In this document: one piece after another, positions 33,261-36,038 of the stretch
Position numbering within the stretch: the first letter of the stretch is position 1
Layout: each line of letters begins with the position of its first letter
Source: Thermoplasmatota archaeon
GTDB lineage: Archaea > Thermoplasmatota > E2 > DHVEG-1
DNA: 36,038 bases
Assembly (NCBI GenBank): GCA_030612095.1
Contig: JAUWOO010000002.1
Location: 1-36,038, forward strand
Reading direction: 5' to 3'
Position numbers and translations under genes: made by a program
Notes under the pieces: model-generated
Told to the model about the DNA's origin: nothing
Database searches by the model: none
Seen by the model: only the letters and a program-made list of their open reading frames with translations

Positions 33261-33485
33261 TTCTTCTCTTTTTTTCAGACAATCAGGGCAATAACGAGCC
33301 AATCCATCAGGTCTTGGTTTACCGCAGTCATAGCAAAGACCTGCATTCAGCCGTCTCATACGCCATTCTCTATGGTATTCTCTTTGACAATCTTTGCAGT
33401 AACTTAACAACCTGTCTTTTTTCGTGCCATCTTTGTAAAACTGCGATGCAGGTAGAAATCGATGACATCTAGAACACTCTTTCAT
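33225..33485 (-). CDS. Virus/MGE-like double zinc-finger protein
   Basis: KECSRC..LPASQFYK....DRLLSYCKDC and RRLNAGLCYDCGKP...YCPDCL resemble Zn modules seen at the N-terminus of phage HNH/endonuclease VII proteins. Confidence 0.7.
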   Translation of the reverse strand: MKECSRCHRFLPASQFYKDGTKKDRLLSYCKDCQREYHREWRMRRLNAGLCYDCGKPRPDGLARYCPDCLKKREELNSILVLLREK

Positions 33486-33801
33486 TGAGCAACACGTTTA
33501 ATTTTATCTGTTGATATACTAACTAAGTTTTTCTAGGGTTGGTTTTTTAAAGAAAAAGATGTTCTAATTAAATTGAAAGAAAAGTATAAAATAAGATAGT
33601 TAATAACACCTGTGGGGGGCTTCAGAATGTTGAAAGAGTTACCATCTTTTTATCCTGCATGCGGGGGGCTTCCCTTTACTTCTCCCTCAACCTTGAATTT
33701 TAAGAGAAACAGATGCTAGGCAAAGTGAGTGGAGAGGGTGGGATGAGATTACACTTTATATTAAGGAAGAATGGTAATCGTCCAAAATTAACTCCCCACT
33801 C

Positions 33802-35254
33802 CTCAGTAGGTTACACTTTTTCCAAAAATCTCAAACCATAAAATTATTCTACAACTACTATAATATTTGTATGGTTGATATTAGCTGTATCATTTTACAA
33901 TTCCCCTCAAAGATTTTTATCTATTCAACAACATTAAAATGATTAAGGAGTATGGAGGGAGATATATCCCTAAATTAGATTGGGGTATTGCACAGAAAAC
34001 ATGCATTATGAATACTTATGAGGTTTTCCGTCAAACCTCTAAAATTCTAGATGGTTGTATTTTCCATTTTTTAAAAAATAGTGATAACAGCTGCAAGACG
34101 AATCGTTTGAACTGTCTGATATCAGCCCTTCTCAAATAACGAGAAATACTTCTAAGACCATCAAGGAAAAGCCCGACCATTCTTGTTTTTCCTTTTGGTG
34201 GTTTACGGATATCTTCACCAGCTATTTCCTTTCGTTCACCTTCAATCATACAAAAAACATAAGCGAATGCAATAGGGATCAGCATGGTTTCTATTCTTTT
34301 TGGATCGGTCACTTTGGTTTTTTCCAAATCAAAAGCATTACTTTTCCAGTCCTTATGCATACATTCAATACCAAATCTTAGACCATATATCTTATCAGAT
34401 AAAGAGGGTTTGTCTGATGTCGTAGCGACAACTAACGGTTCGTCATATTTTCTCTTCCAGATCAGTAACACATTCATCAAAAAACAACTATCACGAGTCA
34501 CTATTTGATTACGAAGAATTTTACGAGAACCCTTCTTCATCTTTTGAATCAATGAAGCAATCTTCACCTCCGGTTTATTCTCCTCCTTCAGGTACATACT
34601 GGATTTCATCCGCAACGTTGAACCAACATTATATATTTCTTTCAACCACCCCGCTAATTTTGGACTGGCAAACTCTCGATCAGCAACAACATGAATCGAT
34701 ATCTCAGAAAGCCAATCCATCTGCTGCAATCCTTCAATAACTGGAGTTAACACCTGTTTCCAGTGTTCCAACGAACTATTACCCCTGCGTCCAAAAACCA
34801 TCCAAAACAAGGGAAGAGCACGACCCTTATAACAAACAGAAACAGATAATATGTTGATCCATTTACTACGTTTTTTCCAATCAGTACGATCCATTGATAA
34901 TACAATCTCAGAAAGATTTTCAAGAAGCGGTCTCATAAGATAGATCAACGGCACAACAAAGAATTCAGGTTTTATCCGTTTATTTGATAAAAAACGACGA
35001 ATCCGTTGAGTGCAGGCATCCTTACTTGGACCGTTAATGGCTAACTCCTCACCTAATTTACACAAATGAGCCTTATTATTCTCCAAAAGACAGGTAACCA
35101 ATTCAACAAGTGTCTTTTTCAATGGTTTTGACAGCTTCAAATTTATAACATTAAACAAGTTATAAATAACCCCTTCCAAATATTCATATGTTTTAATTTC
35201 GCATCCCTATTAGGAAGCTAATAGGGGTGTAATTAAAAAATGTAACCTACTGAG
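33802..35254 (-). mobile_element. IS4-family insertion sequence, 1453 bp
   Basis: 20-bp TIRs CTCAGTAGGTTACA(C/T)TTTTT at 33802-33821 and 35235-35254; no target duplication visible. Confidence 0.88.
34031..35179 (-). CDS. IS4-family DDE transposase
   Basis: SMDRTDW, VADREF, and a Y-R-E-K-type signature YGLRFGIECMHKDWK. Confidence 0.92.
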   Translation of the reverse strand: MEGVIYNLFNVINLKLSKPLKKTLVELVTCLLENNKAHLCKLGEELAINGPSKDACTQRIRRFLSNKRIKPEFFVVPLIYLMRPLLENLSEIVLSMDRTDWKKRSKWINILSVSVCYKGRALPLFWMVFGRRGNSSLEHWKQVLTPVIEGLQQMDWLSEISIHVVADREFASPKLAGWLKEIYNVGSTLRMKSSMYLKEENKPEVKIASLIQKMKKGSRKILRNQIVTRDSCFLMNVLLIWKRKYDEPLVVATTSDKPSLSDKIYGLRFGIECMHKDWKSNAFDLEKTKVTDPKRIETMLIPIAFAYVFCMIEGERKEIAGEDIRKPPKGKTRMVGLFLDGLRSISRYLRRADIRQFKRFVLQLLSLFFKKWKIQPSRILEV

Positions 35255-35380
35255 AAATCATATTAATATTTTGCACGTCCGCATCGGGATGCGAGCCCCT
35301 AACTTACTAGTATGTAATTAGGTTTTATATCTGTTGATTCTGCATTGGATTTTTATACTTCAAATCAAACTATATTGAAT

Positions 35381-35405
35381 TGCAGGGGACTAGATTTGAA
35401 CTCGC
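35381..35405 (-). repeat. tRNA 3'-end fragment (tRNA-Leu-like), att-site scar copy 1
   Basis: Minus strand GCGAGTTCAAATCTAGTCCCCTGCA: T-arm plus acceptor strand, no 5' half nearby. Confidence 0.7.
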
Positions 35406-35818
35406 TTTTACCGGTAAATACCTGAGTTAGTTAGGTTTTAACCTTTTTTCAGATAATTTCATTGATAAAGACTTTAGTATATTTCAGCACCGCCATGGTG
35501 AATTATAGTTGATTAATTGAATCATTGATATCATAGCATGTTCCCTTCGGGAAGGGAACTGCAATTTACTAGTAAAAAAAGGTTATTGTTTGGTTTTTTC
35601 CAAACCGAAGAGAATAGGGCGATTTGCTACCAAACAATTTATTGCATGTATGAGTATACTCCCGTTGGGAACATACTTTTAGAGTTAAATGCTCCTGCAT
35701 TTTTTAAAATACCAAAGATATTCAAGGTTTTGGTAAAGAATATCTCCAACAGATATAAAATTGCTAATTTACAGTTTTTTGCTTATGTTGAAGGTATTCT
35801 TGAGTTAACGAAGAATAA

Positions 35819-35843
35819 TGCAGGGGACGAGATTTGACTTCGT
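35819..35843 (-). repeat. tRNA 3'-end fragment (tRNA-Leu-like), att-site scar copy 2
   Basis: Minus strand ACGAAGTCAAATCTCGTCCCCTGCA, a direct repeat of copy 1 (21/25 identical). Confidence 0.65.
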
Positions 35844-35921
35844 TGAAAGATTTTTAATAACAAGTTCCATAATGGTGGATTATTAAATGAACATAAAAAC
35901 TTCGCTGGGAGAAAATCAACT

Positions 35922-36038
35922 ATGGCAGGTAACAAAGGAAACTACGTTTTTCAATCTGATTTTGCTGAAACAAATGTCGTTTCGCCTGATATTGAGATAT
36001 CTGTTGTAACTACTTTAAAGGATCTTAAGGATTTTTTC
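35922..36038 (+). CDS. Partial ORF running off the window; N-terminus weakly resembles GNAT/YghO-type N-acetyltransferases
   Basis: GGGAG RBS, open frame MAGNKGNYVFQSDFAETNVVSPDIEISVVTTLKDLKDFF; product guess rests on 39 codons only. Confidence 0.5.
   Translation, partial: MAGNKGNYVFQSDFAETNVVSPDIEISVVTTLKDLKDFF

Noticed and set aside
33611..33672. Mini-CRISPR interpretation of the 13-bp direct repeats
   Set aside because: Only two short units and no cas genes; no CRISPR array found anywhere in the window.
35538..35837. 99-aa plus-strand ORF between the att scars
   Set aside because: No RBS or motif; starts in a hairpin and ends in the tRNA fragment; probably spurious or decayed.

Overview
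Archaeal chromosomal segment. The 16S sequence, archaeal isoprenoid and translation genes, and a large secreted gingipain-like protein point to a Thermoplasmatota sediment lineage, plausibly MBG-D/DHVEG-1 (Thermoprofundales); this placement is inference, not a database result. In order: (1) a linked minus-strand 16S-tRNA-Ala-23S rRNA operon (23S 3' end cut by the window edge) with a canonical bulge-helix-bulge processing stem and a candidate C/D sRNA upstream; (2) pyrF; (3) a glyco-modification cluster (GT28-like GT, GT-C-like membrane protein, two paralogous GT4s, a radical SAM/twitch enzyme, a flippase-like protein); (4) Zn-ribbon microprotein, EF-1beta and a membrane-anchored wHTH regulator; (5) ipk-fni-idsA-gltX; (6) a ~1150-aa surface protein with three CWB2-like motifs and a C25-peptidase-like domain; (7) an intact IS481-like element; (8) a glycogen cluster headed by a tandem DUF2582 wHTH gene; (9) tRNA-Lys and kptA; (10) a plastic region with a virus-like Zn-finger ORF, an IS4-family element and two tRNA-Leu 3'-end scars. 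The best candidates for undescribed biology are the radical SAM-glycosyltransferase-flippase cluster and the CWB2-like/C25 surface protein.
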